A stretch of 63,711 nt of DNA, counting the filler, from Octopus bimaculoides (lineage: Eukaryota): NCBI RefSeq assembly GCF_001194135.2. It is 5 parts of 5 records of this genome, joined end to end, with 100 filler letters (N's around TTAATTAATTAA, not from the genome) between each part and the next. Parts side by side here need not be neighbours in the genome. Positions count along the whole stretch, not along the records: positions 49,022 to 61,555 come from NC_069009.1; positions 61,656 to 63,711 come from NW_026409263.1; 3 more parts are not named here. The stretch is one strand, 5' to 3'. Under the pieces are notes generated by a model. The model had not been told where the DNA came from. It did not search any database and saw only the letters and a list, made by a program, of their open reading frames with translations. The first letter of the stretch is position 1, and every line of letters starts with the position of its first letter. Both the position numbers and the translations under genes were made by a program. Shown piece after piece: positions 52,492 through 63,269 of the stretch.

Positions 52492-52622
52492 GTAAGTACT
52501 AGACGGCAATAACAACAACAACAAGGTTTCAGTTTTACTATAACATCTCTTTTCCTTCACTCGCTCTAGGACGCTCGGTGTGTCTCGGTGAGTGATTGTA
52601 AAAAACATGCAGATTAAATGTC

Positions 52623-52653
<31 letters not shown>

Positions 52654-52721
52654 ATAATAATAATGATAATAATAACAACATTTTCAATTCATATTAGAAC
52701 ACGGATATATTTCATTTTCAG

Positions 52722-52838
52722 ACATCAATGAGTGTGCAAGTATACGTTTAATGCCTCCTTATATGTGTTACAACACACCGGGTTCGTATTATATTGGCTG
52801 CATGGAGGGCTTCCAAAAGATCAAGGAAAAATGTATAG
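52722..52838 (+). CDS. EGF-like exon C, identical copy of exon B
   Basis: Same sequence and splice sites, 347 bp downstream. Confidence 0.75.
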
Positions 52839-52970
52839 GTAAGTACTAGACGGCAATAACAACAACAACAAGGTTTCAGTTTTACTGTAACATCTCTTTT
52901 CCTTCACTCGCTCTAGGACGCTCGGTGTGTCTCGGTGAGTGATTGTAAAAAACATGCAGATTAAATGTAA

Positions 52971-53009
<39 letters not shown>

Positions 53010-53990
53010 GAATTAATTGCAAAGACAAAAGCACATGCAAAATTAGCTAGCAGATGGGAACAGAAACCTCTGCATGGCAAGTATGTGAATCGTAGCAAAC
53101 AAGCTGATGTCGACCAGAAACGCACACATCATTGGTTACGAAGCTCAGGGCTAAAAGCAAAGAGTGAAGATTTCATATTGGCTGCTCAAGACCAAAGCTT
53201 ATTAACCCGGAACTACCAAGCCAATGTGATAAAAAATGGAGCTGACCCAAAATGCCGATTTTGTAACGATGCGATTGAAAGTATAAACCACCTAATCTCA
53301 GGGTGTAGAGTTTTAGCACCTGCAGAATATAAAGCAAGACATGACAGAGTCGGCCAGTATTTACCCTGGACAATATGCCAGCATTATAAAATCAAAACCG
53401 CTGACAAATGGTATAAACACCATCCTGAAGCTGTGACTGAGGGAGAAAATGTATTGATTCTATAGGACTTCCCCGTACATACTGACAAGACTATAAAAGC
53501 TAATAAACCGGATATTATTATAAAACATCAGACAAAGAAGTGTTTAGGTTTATTAATTGACATGAGTATTCCTTGCGATCATAATATAGCGGTGAAAGAA
53601 TTTGACAAGATCAGTAAATATAAAGACTTGCTAATAGAAATTGAAAAAATGTGGCACCTCAAGGCGACTACCGTACCAGTAATTGTAGAATCTCTAGGAA
53701 TGATAAAAAAAACAGGTACTAAAACCTATTTGAAAATGATACCAGGCTTACCATCCCTACAGGAAGTGCAAAAAATCGTGTTAACTGGAACGACTCATGT
53801 ACTGAGAAGAGCATTATCGCTGTGAAAATAACATCCATTCATGAATTTATTTATTTATTATTTTTTTTTAATACATATTTTACCTGTGAATTTGCGTGTG
53901 TAAACTAGGAATGCATACAATGAGCTTCTCTGCCCTAGGTGTACGGAAAACACTCGGCGAGAAATGGAAGAAAGTTTGAAGAAAGAAGAG
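53010..53990 (+). mobile_element. R4/Dong 3' kilobase (CCHC knuckle plus PD-(D/E)xK-type RLE), frameshifted
   Basis: CRFCNDAIESINHLISGC...RHD; ANKPDII...DMSIP...KISKYKDL...TTHVLRRALSL*; flanked by (AAT)n. Confidence 0.9.
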
Positions 53991-54060
53991 AAAAAAAAAA
54001 CAACATAATAATAATAATATTTTCATGTCATATTGTAATACATATATATTTCTTTTACAG

Positions 54061-54177
54061 ACATCAATGAGTGTGCAACTATACGCTTAATGCCTCATTA
54101 CAAGTGTTACAACACACCGGGTTCTTTTTATATTACCTGCATGGAAGGCTTCGAAAAGATCAATGAAAAATGCGTAG
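54061..54177 (+). CDS. EGF-like exon D (phase 1-1, 117 bp), 4 Cys, paralog of B/C
   Basis: TTTCTTTTACAG acceptor and GTAAGT donor; DINECATIRLMPHYKCYNTPGSFYITCMEGFEKINEKCV. Confidence 0.88.
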
Positions 54178-54785
54178 GTAAGTAGTAGACAATTACAACA
54201 ACAACATCAACAACGGTATTACAAGCTTAGGTGTCTGAGTGTGTGCCTAATAGTGACCATTTCACAACATGTACTGTGTGTTTTTGCTAGCCTCACTAAT
54301 GAGTTTGAAGCTTACGTGACTTGGACTGGCGCCAGAGTAGAAAAGAAGGAAGAAGGAGGCAGCTCAATGCTATGATATGAGGAGTATCAGTTTGTGAGAA
54401 GGGGACAGAATAATGTTATATCCTTAGAGAAGCAATATCGCTACTCGTATTTTCGAATGGATTGTGGGAACGATTGAATGGGATTTGAAAGTGAGATAAA
54501 ATAACAGTGACGAAATGTCCGTATGGATTTTCAATGTACGAGGTGAAAGGAAGTGAATGTGGAGAGGAGAATAGTATGAATTGAGTTAGGGTTTGTAAGG
54601 GTCTGTATGAGGGAAGGGATATAGGTGAACTGAAGAATATGATGAAAGAATAGTTGGGTGATAATAGGGAAAACGATAGGCAGACTCGGTGTGAGCCGCA
54701 GAAACGGGGTAGGTGTGAAGGTATAGTTACACGTGCATAATAACAATAACAACAGCAACAACTACAATAACAAAAATAACATCAG

Positions 54786-54908
54786 TTCTGTATTTTCACT
54801 ATTGCTTAAGGAGTCCTTGTCCTACTCATGCCACATGTTACAACTACCCAGGGTCTTACCTTTGTAAATGTGGACGAGGTTACCGATATGGCTATAACAA
54901 ATGTCTTG
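54786..54908 (+). CDS. EGF exon E (6 Cys, Tyr/Gly/Arg-rich); 5' boundary uncertain
   Basis: CLRSPCPTHATCYNYPGSYLCKCGRGYRYGYNKCL from 54803, GTAAGT donor at 54909; the only nearby in-phase AG is the weak ATCAG ending at 54785, and the DINE start is absent. Confidence 0.7.
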
Positions 54909-55353
54909 GTAAGTAGAACTCTAAAAACTAAACATAAAATAACAAAAATAAACATTTTAAACCATCTTTCATTAACCAACTAGTTTTCATTGGTTATTTA
55001 GCCCAAGGTCAGTAACGATCCAGCAGGGCTAAGGTATGTTGTTATTCAGCCGATTTAAGCGAATCCCCGGTTCTGTTATTTCAAATATACGACGAGTTTG
55101 ATTATACCGTACATGAAGGCACTGTAAGTTGCCTAGTGAGGCAATATGTACATGATATGCAGTAACAGTAGAATATAACAGTCAATTATATGCAGTGGAG
55201 TGCGGCATATAAAATAAACTTACACTCGTTTATTGTATGTAGTTTAGTGTGAGAGTTTTGGCATGTTATACATCAAGTTAATTGCTGCATTTATGTCTAT
55301 ATTACAAACATTAATTAAATTTTAAAATTCTAAAATTCTAAAATTTTAGAATT

Positions 55354-55756
55354 CTGTGTGGTAAGTAGCTTGCCTATCAACCACACGGTTCCAGGTTCAG
55401 TCTCACTGCGTGGCACCTTGGGCAAGTGTCTTCTACTATAGCCTCGGGTCGACCAAAGCCTTGTGAGTGGATTTGGTAGAAGGAAACTTAAAGAAGCCCG
55501 TCGTATCTATGTATATATATATATATATATATGTGCGTGTATGTGTGTTTGTGTGTCTGTGTTTGTCCCCCCACCATCGCTTGACAACCGATGCTAGTGT
55601 GTTTACGTCCCCGTAACTTAGCGGTTCGGCAAAAAGAGACCGATAGAATAAGTACTAGGCTTACAATGAATAAGTCCTGGGGTCGATTTTCTCGATTAAA
55701 GGTAGTGCTCCAGCATGGCCACAGTCAAATGACTGAAAGAAGTAAAAGAGTAAAAG
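55354..55756 (+). mobile_element. SINE family A, well-preserved copy
   Basis: Colinear with the other copies; GTAAAAGA tail repeats. Confidence 0.9.
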
Positions 55757-55902
55757 AATAGATGTAAACGAGTGTAAATATAGAGGACGCTGTGATCACA
55801 TATGTATCAATTCTCCCGGATCTTATGCTGGCCGTTGAAGAAAGAGCTTTGAATTATATAAGAATCGTTATTGCGTTGATAAGTTAATCATTTCAATATA
55901 TT

Positions 55903-56032
<130 letters not shown>

Positions 56033-56039
56033 CACAAGT

Positions 56040-56872
56040 ACACAAACTCATCGTCCTCAATATACTAGAACAGGGTCTGCTCCGTCCAGCACTCCATTAC
56101 CAGAAAGCCCACTATTGTTCCTTCTGATTTTTGTTTTTGCTGACTTTATCTTCAAGGAGCCTTCCGTTATACTCACAAGTCTCTGTGCATCCTTCGCCCT
56201 ATTCAGGTCATGCAAGAATACTGTGTCCCCATTGCAATGTAACGTTACTACAACATCAAAAGTCACCCGCCTCCGTGCACGCTTTGGACATATTTACTAA
56301 AATTTCTTTAGTTCACATTTGATATGTAAGAGGAACAAAACGTCCACAGCTTCGGCAAGATATGTCTGGATATTGAAAGAAACCACAGCGCAACATAGCA
56401 TCAAGTGGAGACTGCTAGAGAAGTGCACACCTTCCGATATATCAGTAGGAGGTGCAGTCTCTATTTAACAGAGGAACGAATTATATAGAAGGGATCCGTC
56501 GGCCCAGGGGCATACCTGGAATATGGAAATGGGGGGTTTTCATTTTGATACCATCAACGTAATTATAAAATTATCTGGTTGTTTAGGTACTCCACAGATC
56601 GGTTCTTCGTACATTCGTGTATATTTTTCCTGGGCTCACCGCTTCCTTCCCCTTTTGTTATCTCTCCTTTTTCTTAGCTCTTCTGTGTGAACTTTCTGTC
56701 CGGCAGTCGCCATGATCGATCGCTGACCACGATATTAAATTTTTTTTCTCCTTGTTTTTCTACTTGTTTTTCTCCTTATTCTTTCTCTTGAAGAGCGTAG
56801 CTCGAAACGTTAAAGACTTTCTCTATTCCGAGGCGTTAAACTAATACATCCTTTTGTTGCTTATACGACCTG
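56040..56872 (+). mobile_element. Penelope-like element 3' fragment with terminal motif
   Basis: KRNKTSTASARYVWILKE....SIKWRLLEKCTP...ISRRCSL matches the PLE GIY-YIG C-terminus; hammerhead-like TTGAAGAGCGTAGCTCGAAACGTTAAAGA at 56788-56816. Confidence 0.7.
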
Positions 56873-57217
56873 NNNNNNNNNNNNNNNNNNNNNNNNNNNN
56901 NNNNNNNNNNNNNNNNNNNNNNNNNNNNNNNNNNNNNNNNNNNNNNNNNNNNNNNNNNNNNNNNNNNNNNNNNNNNNNNNNNNNNNNNNNNNNNNNNNNN
57001 NNNNNNNNNNNNNNNNNNNNNNNNNNNNNNNNNNNNNNNNNNNNNNNNNNNNNNNNNNNNNNNNNNNNNNNNNNNNNNNNNNNNNNNNNNNNNNNNNNNN
57101 NNNNNNNNNNNNNNNNNNNNNNNNNNNNNNNNNNNNNNNNNNNNNNNNNNNNNNNNNNNNNNNTATATATATATATATATATTTGCTTATGTTTGTTTAT
57201 TTTCTCCCTATTTTCAG

Positions 57218-57234
57218 ACATTGGCACCAACTGA
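57218..57234 (+). CDS. Candidate terminal exon coding part of the EGF gene (DIGTN-stop), with AATAAA at 57718 and 57729
   Basis: Strong acceptor TTTTCTCCCTATTTTCAG followed by ACATT in the same phase and context as the EGF exons, then TGA. Confidence 0.45.
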
Positions 57235-57837
57235 AAGCTAAACCAAAAGCGAGTCAAGATAAATAGAATCTTTCTCATTAGTTCTTTTAAGCTATTTTCC
57301 TCAATCGCAGCTGTCATGGAATCTAAACGACATCTACAACAACAAATATATCGACTATTACTATCTACTATATCATCCATTATATAATGTTCTCCTAGAT
57401 ACACACAGTCTAATTCCTCACTACCTGGTAATAAAACAACTACCACCGACTCACACAGGACATTGGTAACTTGATTACCGGTCAATATAAAAACGTTCAC
57501 AACGGGACATCTCTGTAGAGTAACCTCCATAGCAAGTCGTCTTCTCTTTGGGTGGCCTCCATACGACTCTATATTGCGTGACCACCACATCAGGTTATCA
57601 TAAGACAAGATCCTGCGATGACAATCTCATCATTACACTGTCACGTATAGATTAAATCATTGCTACGTATATTTTGAGTGTTTATTAATTAGTTAACTTT
57701 ATTAAATTAGTTAAATGAATAAAAATGTAATAAAAACTATTGTGTTTGTCTCTATGTTAATGAGCAACTCTGAAAAGTAATGCCTACTTTTATAAATGCA
57801 TGCATGTATGTGTATGTGTATATATATATAAATATAT

Positions 57838-57874
<37 letters not shown>

Positions 57875-58460
57875 NNNNNNNNNNNNNNNNNNNNNNNNNN
57901 NNNNNNNNNNNNNNNNNNNNNNNNNNNNNNNNNNNNNNNNNNNNNNNNNNNNNNNNNNNNNNNNNNNNNNNNNNNNNNNNNNNNNNNNNNNNNNNNNNNN
58001 NNNNNNNNNNNNNNNNNNNNNNNNNNNNNNNNNNNNNNNNNNNNNNNNNNNNNNNNNNNNNNNNNNNNNNNNNNNNNNNNNNNNNNNNNNNNNNNNNNNN
58101 NNNNNNNNNNNNNNNNNNNNNNNNNNNNNNNNNNNNNNNNNNNNNNNNNNNNNNNNNNNNNNNNNNNNNNNNNNNNNNNNNNNNNNNNNNNNNNNNNNNN
58201 NNNNNNNNNNNNNNNNNNNNNNNNNNNNNNNNNNNNNNNNNNNNNNNNNNNNNNNNNNNNNNNNNNNNNNNNNNNNNNNNNNNNNNNNNNNNNNNNNNNN
58301 NNNNNNNNNNNNNNNNNNNNNNNNNNNNNNNNNNNNNNNNNNNNNNNNNNNNNNNNNNNNNNNNNNNNNNNNNNNNNNNNNNNNNNNNNNNNNNNNNNNN
58401 NNNNNNNNNNNNNNNNNNNNNNNNNNNNNNNNNNNNNNNNNNNNNNNNNNNNNNNNNNAA

Positions 58461-58507
<47 letters not shown>

Positions 58508-58893
58508 TGTGTCTGTGTGTGTGTAAGAAAGTATGTAATGAACTTCATTAATTTACACCTGTTTCCACAATTCACTCTTCATTTGGGCGCTTGTGAAAGC
58601 ATGTATGAGTAGAATTTAGAACATTCCATTTCGCTTTTCTGTCATGAGGCATGATTTTTGTGAAGAGGTATGATTTTTGTGAAGAGGTATGATTTCTGTA
58701 AAGAGATATAATTTTTGTCCAAATCTCTAAAAATAATACCTGGCCTATTCGCATCTATCTTTCTGTCAGTTTGAATTGTAAAGTTTCAGATGAGTGAGAT
58801 AAGATCATTTTCAAGCATTGGGGGTGGTTTGTGTTCCAACCTGTTTCTAGAACGGGGCAGGCCCAGGTGTTTGAAAATTACATAGTGAATAGT

Positions 58894-59760
58894 GAGTCAG
58901 ATATAGAGGTCAATAATTCTTAAGAGAATTATTGACCTCTATATCTGACTCCAAGCAAACGAACATTGGAGTATCTACACGCTGTACCTTAAAGAACAGC
59001 CGCAAGAGAGGTAAGCCCTGTTCATTGTGCAAGAACATGAGTGAAGTGAATTCCATCAAAAATCATAACAGAAATGTTATGATTTATAAAGAAAGGGAAA
59101 CATGTAAAGATTCCCACTTAGTGTACGGTGCAGAATGCACGAAACTCAACTTGATTTATGTTGGTTGTACAACGGAACAATTAAACAAAAGGTTTAATGG
59201 GCACAGATTCGACGTCAAGCACAATGACAGTAGTTCGACAGAACTTGCTGAACATTTCGTTTCAAGCGGCTGCAATTTCGAAGAAGACTTGAAAGTGCAT
59301 ATTCTCCAAAAATATTCTGAATCTACCCCACTTTCACTTCTCAGAATGTATGAGGAGAAATATGTTTGCGGGTTATTGACATCACGCCCTGGAGGAATGA
59401 ATAAGATGACAGGAGAATATCATCAAATTTATACAAAACTGTTTGATTGAATATTCTTTCTTTCTTTTTCTTTCCTTTTTTTCTGTCGTTTTCCTTTTTC
59501 TATTTTTTTTCTTTCTTTCTGCCTGTTATAAACTTAAAAACTGATGATGTCATTCCATTAACATATGGACGCTGGTTACTCTCATTCATAGTTTAACGTT
59601 TAAATTTCTGTAATTTAATCACCTCTTGTTTTGAACTTGACAAAGACAGACGTACTGTTGAAATATTGTTTAACGAATAAAATATCTATACAATCGAATC
59701 GCGCTCTTCGTCTTGACTGTTTACCTTCGTGAAGAGTTACGCCAATCCTTTTTAAAATAT
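58894..59760 (+). mobile_element. Penelope-like element 3' copy 1: uninterrupted GIY-YIG coding segment plus terminus with hammerhead-like motif
   Basis: ORF 58932-59450 CSLC...LVYGAECTKLNLIYVGCTTEQLNKRFNGHR...LAEHF...EEKY; motif at 59630-59673. Confidence 0.9.
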
Positions 59761-59771
59761 TGTTATTATTA

Positions 59772-60950
59772 TTATAAAGTACAGCGTGTAGATACTCCAA
59801 TGTTCGTTTTCTTGGAGTCAGATATAGAGGTCAATAATTCTTTTATGTTCTTATTCCGTCGAAAGGCTACAATGGGCGGCTGNNNNNNNNNNTTATGTTC
59901 TTATTCCGTCGAAAGGCTACAATGGGCGGCTGAGGAAATATCTGTTTGAAACTGGGATACTTTTTCGCCACATGTTGGTAACTTTCATGCAACACTTTTA
60001 CATAGGTGATTACTGGAAACATGCAAATGCTTTTGTATGCCATTATGTCAAACGAGGCTACAGTGAATCACGTGTAAAGGAAATAGCAAGTGAAATAGCT
60101 AAGATTAGCAAAGATAGTCAAACGTACACGCCTAATCTTAGCAAACAAAATACAACAGATTACAGAATTCCTTTAGTGTTTAACTGGCACCGACGTTTCG
60201 CTGGCATTTCAAAAGTGTTGCATGAAAGTTACCAACATGTGGCGAAAAAGTATCCCAGTTTCAAACAAATATTTCCTCAGCCGCCCATTGTAGCCTTTCG
60301 ACGGAATAAGAACATAAAAGAAATATTGACCTCTATATCTGACTCCAAGAAAACGAACATTGGAGTATCTACACGCTGTACCTTAAAGAACAGCCGCAAG
60401 ANNNNNNNNNNNNNNNNNNNNNNNNNNNNNNNNNNNNNNNNNNNNNNNNNNNNNNNNNNNNNNNNNNNNNNNNNNNNNNNNNNNNNNNNNNNNNNNNNNN
60501 NNNNNNNNNNNNNNNNNNNNNNNNNNNNNNNNNNNNNNNNNNNNNNNNNNNNNNNNNNNNNNNNNNNNNNNNNNNNNNNNNNNNNNNNNNNNNNNNNNNN
60601 NNNNNNNNNNNNNNNNNNNNNNNNNNNNNNNNNNNNNCTGTTTGATTGAATATTCTTCGTTCTCTCTTTTTCTTTTCTTTTTCTGTCGTCTTCCTTTTTC
60701 TTTCTTTCTTTCTGCTTATTAAAAAACTGACAAAAGCTGATGATGTCATTCTATCAACGTATGGACGCTGGTTACTCTCGTTCATAGTTTACGTTTGGTT
60801 TCTGAAATTTTGAATTTTGAATCACCTTTTGGTTTGAACTTGAGAAAGACAGACGTTCTGTCGAAATATTGTTCAAAAAATAAAACATCTAAAATCGCAC
60901 TCTTCGTCTTGACTATTTACCTTCGTGAAGAGTTACGTCAATCCTTTTTT
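59772..60950 (+). mobile_element. Penelope-like element 3' copy 2 with an inverted 5' duplication (59772-59998)
   Basis: RGYSE...IPLVFNWH...IFPQPPIVAFRRNKNIKEIL; 3' terminus homologous to copy 1; motif at 60833-60877. Confidence 0.88.
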
Positions 60951-61303
60951 TTTTAAATATAATAATAATAATAATCTTTTCCACTATAAGCACAAGACCT
61001 GATATTTGGGAGAGGGGTATAGCCGAAATTTTGGGGTAGAGGGCCAGTCAACTAGATCGATCCCAGTACGCAACTGGTACTTAATTTATGGACCCCGAAA
61101 GGATGAAATGTAAAGTCAACCTTGGCGGAATTTGAACTCAGAAGGCAGTGACGGGCGAAATACCACTAAGCAATTCGTCCTGCCTGCTAACGACTCTACC
61201 AGCTCACGGCCTTAACAATAATAATAATATTGACAATAAAAATGATAAGAAAAATTATAATATTTGCTGTAATTTATACTACAGTGCATATATTTCTTTT
61301 CAG

Positions 61304-61423
61304 ATATCAAGGAATGTGCAAGGAAGGCTTGTGGCTGTTATGCAAAATGTTACAACACCCCAGGTTCCTATCGTTGCAGATGTTATAGCCCCGGCTATCG
61401 AATGTACAGAGGAAAATGCGTTG
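61304..61423 (+). CDS. EGF exon G (phase 1-1, 120 bp), 7 Cys, basic and Tyr-rich
   Basis: TTTCTTTTCAG acceptor and GTAAGT donor; DIKECARKACGCYAKCYNTPGSYRCRCYSPGYRMYRGKCV. Confidence 0.9.
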
Positions 61424-61484
61424 GTAAGTAGAATGCAATAACAACAACCACATATTTAAATATATATACTTACACACGCAACAT

Positions 61485-61521
<37 letters not shown>

Positions 61522-61699
61522 AACACAAACACACATGCACATACACGCACAAGATNNNNNNNNNNNNNNNNNNNNNNNNNNNNNNNNNNNNNNNNNNNNT
61601 TAATTAATTAANNNNNNNNNNNNNNNNNNNNNNNNNNNNNNNNNNNNNNNNNNNNGAGACATATATATATATGTTTATGTGTATATACTTATATGTATA

Positions 61700-62757
61700 T
61701 TGCTAGAATAAGAATAGTCTGGGCAAGGTTCAGAGAGCCCTTACTTTTGCTGGTGACAAGTGGCCTCTCACTCAGAGTAAAAGGCAGAATGTATGACGCA
61801 TGTATACGAACAGCCATGCTACATGGCAGTGAAACATGGACCGTGACTGCTGAGGACATGCTTAGGCTCGCAAGGAATGAAACCAGTATGCTTCGATGGA
61901 TGTGTAATGTCAGTGTGCATACTGGACAGAGTGTAAGTACCTTGAGAGAAAATTTGAATCTAAGAAGCATCAGTTGTGGTGTGCAAGAGAGACGATTGCG
62001 TTGATATGGTCATGTGGCGAGAATGGATGAGGATAGCTGTGTGAAAAAATGCCACACCCTAGCAGTTAAGGGAACCTGTGGAAGAGGTAGGCCCAGGAAG
62101 ACCTGGGATGAGGTGGTGAGGCATGACCTCCGAACACTGGGCCTCACCGAGGCGATGACTTCAGACCGAGACCTTTGGAAATATGCTGTGAGACATAAAT
62201 CCAAGGCCTCTGCCAGGGGTGTAGCCAGCCCACTTTGCGTACCTTCCTTCACTGGACACTAAACTCCGCTTGCGAAGACCTGCTGAAGCAAGTGAAATCG
62301 AAATCGAACTAAATTGGACCACTAGCACCCATGCCAAACTTCGTCTTCATTGGACACTAAACTTGGCTTGCGAAGACCTGTTGGGGTAAGCAAAAACGAA
62401 ATCGTGATGGCACCTGTGCCCAGCGTCACCTTCCTGCTATTTGTGCCGGTGGCACGTGTAAAGACATTCGAGTGAGATCGTTGCCAGTGCCGCTGGACTG
62501 GCTCCTGTGCAGGTAGCACTTAAAATACACCATTTTGAGTGTCGCCGTTGCCAGTACCGCCTGACTGGTTTTCGTGCCGGTGGCACATAAAAGCATCCAC
62601 TAAACTTCGGAATGGTTGGCGTTAGGAAGGGTATCCAGCTGTAGAAACTCTGCCAAATCAGATTGGAGCCTGGTGTAGCCATCTGGTTCACCACTTCTCA
62701 GTCAAATCGTCCAACCCATGCTAGCATGGAAAGCGGACGTTAAACGATGATGATGAT
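61700..62757 (+). mobile_element. RTE LINE 3' end with complete 3' UTR
   Basis: ARIRIVWARFRE...GRMYDACIRTAMLHGSETW...GRGRPRKTWDEVVRHDL; tail ends in (GAT)n. Confidence 0.92.
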
Positions 62758-63269
62758 GTGTTTAGACATATATANNNNNNNNNNNNNNNNNNNNNNNNNN
62801 NNNNNNNNNNNNNNNNNNNNNNNNNNNNNNNNNNNNNNNNNNNNNNNNNNNNNNNNNNNNNNNNNNNNNNNNNNNNNNNNNNNNNNNNNNNNNNNNNNNN
62901 NNNNNNNNNNNNNNNNNNNNNNNNNNNNNNNNNNNNNNNNNNNNNNNNNNNNNNNNNNNNNNNNNNNNNNNNNNNNNNNNNNNNNNNNNNNNNNNNNNNN
63001 NNNNNNNNNNNNNNNNNNNNNNNNNNNNNNNNNNNNNNNNNNNNNNNNNNNNNNNNNNNNNNNNNNNNNNNNNNNNNNNNNNNNNNNNNNNNNNNNNNNN
63101 NNNNNNNNNNNNNNNNNNNNNNNNNNNNNNNNNNNNNNNNNNNNNNNNNNNNNNNNNNNNNNNNNNNNNNNNNNNNNNNNNNNNNNNNNNNNNNNNNNNN
63201 NNNNNNNNNNNNNNNNNNNNNNNNNNNNNNNNNNNNNNNATATATAATAATAATAATAAATATATGCAC

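Noticed and set aside
56841-57608. Minus-strand 255-aa ORF
   Set aside because: About 100 residues are N gap or TA repeat, the rest has no recognisable domain, and it overlaps the candidate plus-strand terminal exon and UTR.
59845-59932. 40-bp direct repeat flanking a 10-N gap
   Set aside because: This is the typical unmerged contig overlap, so it is an assembly artefact.
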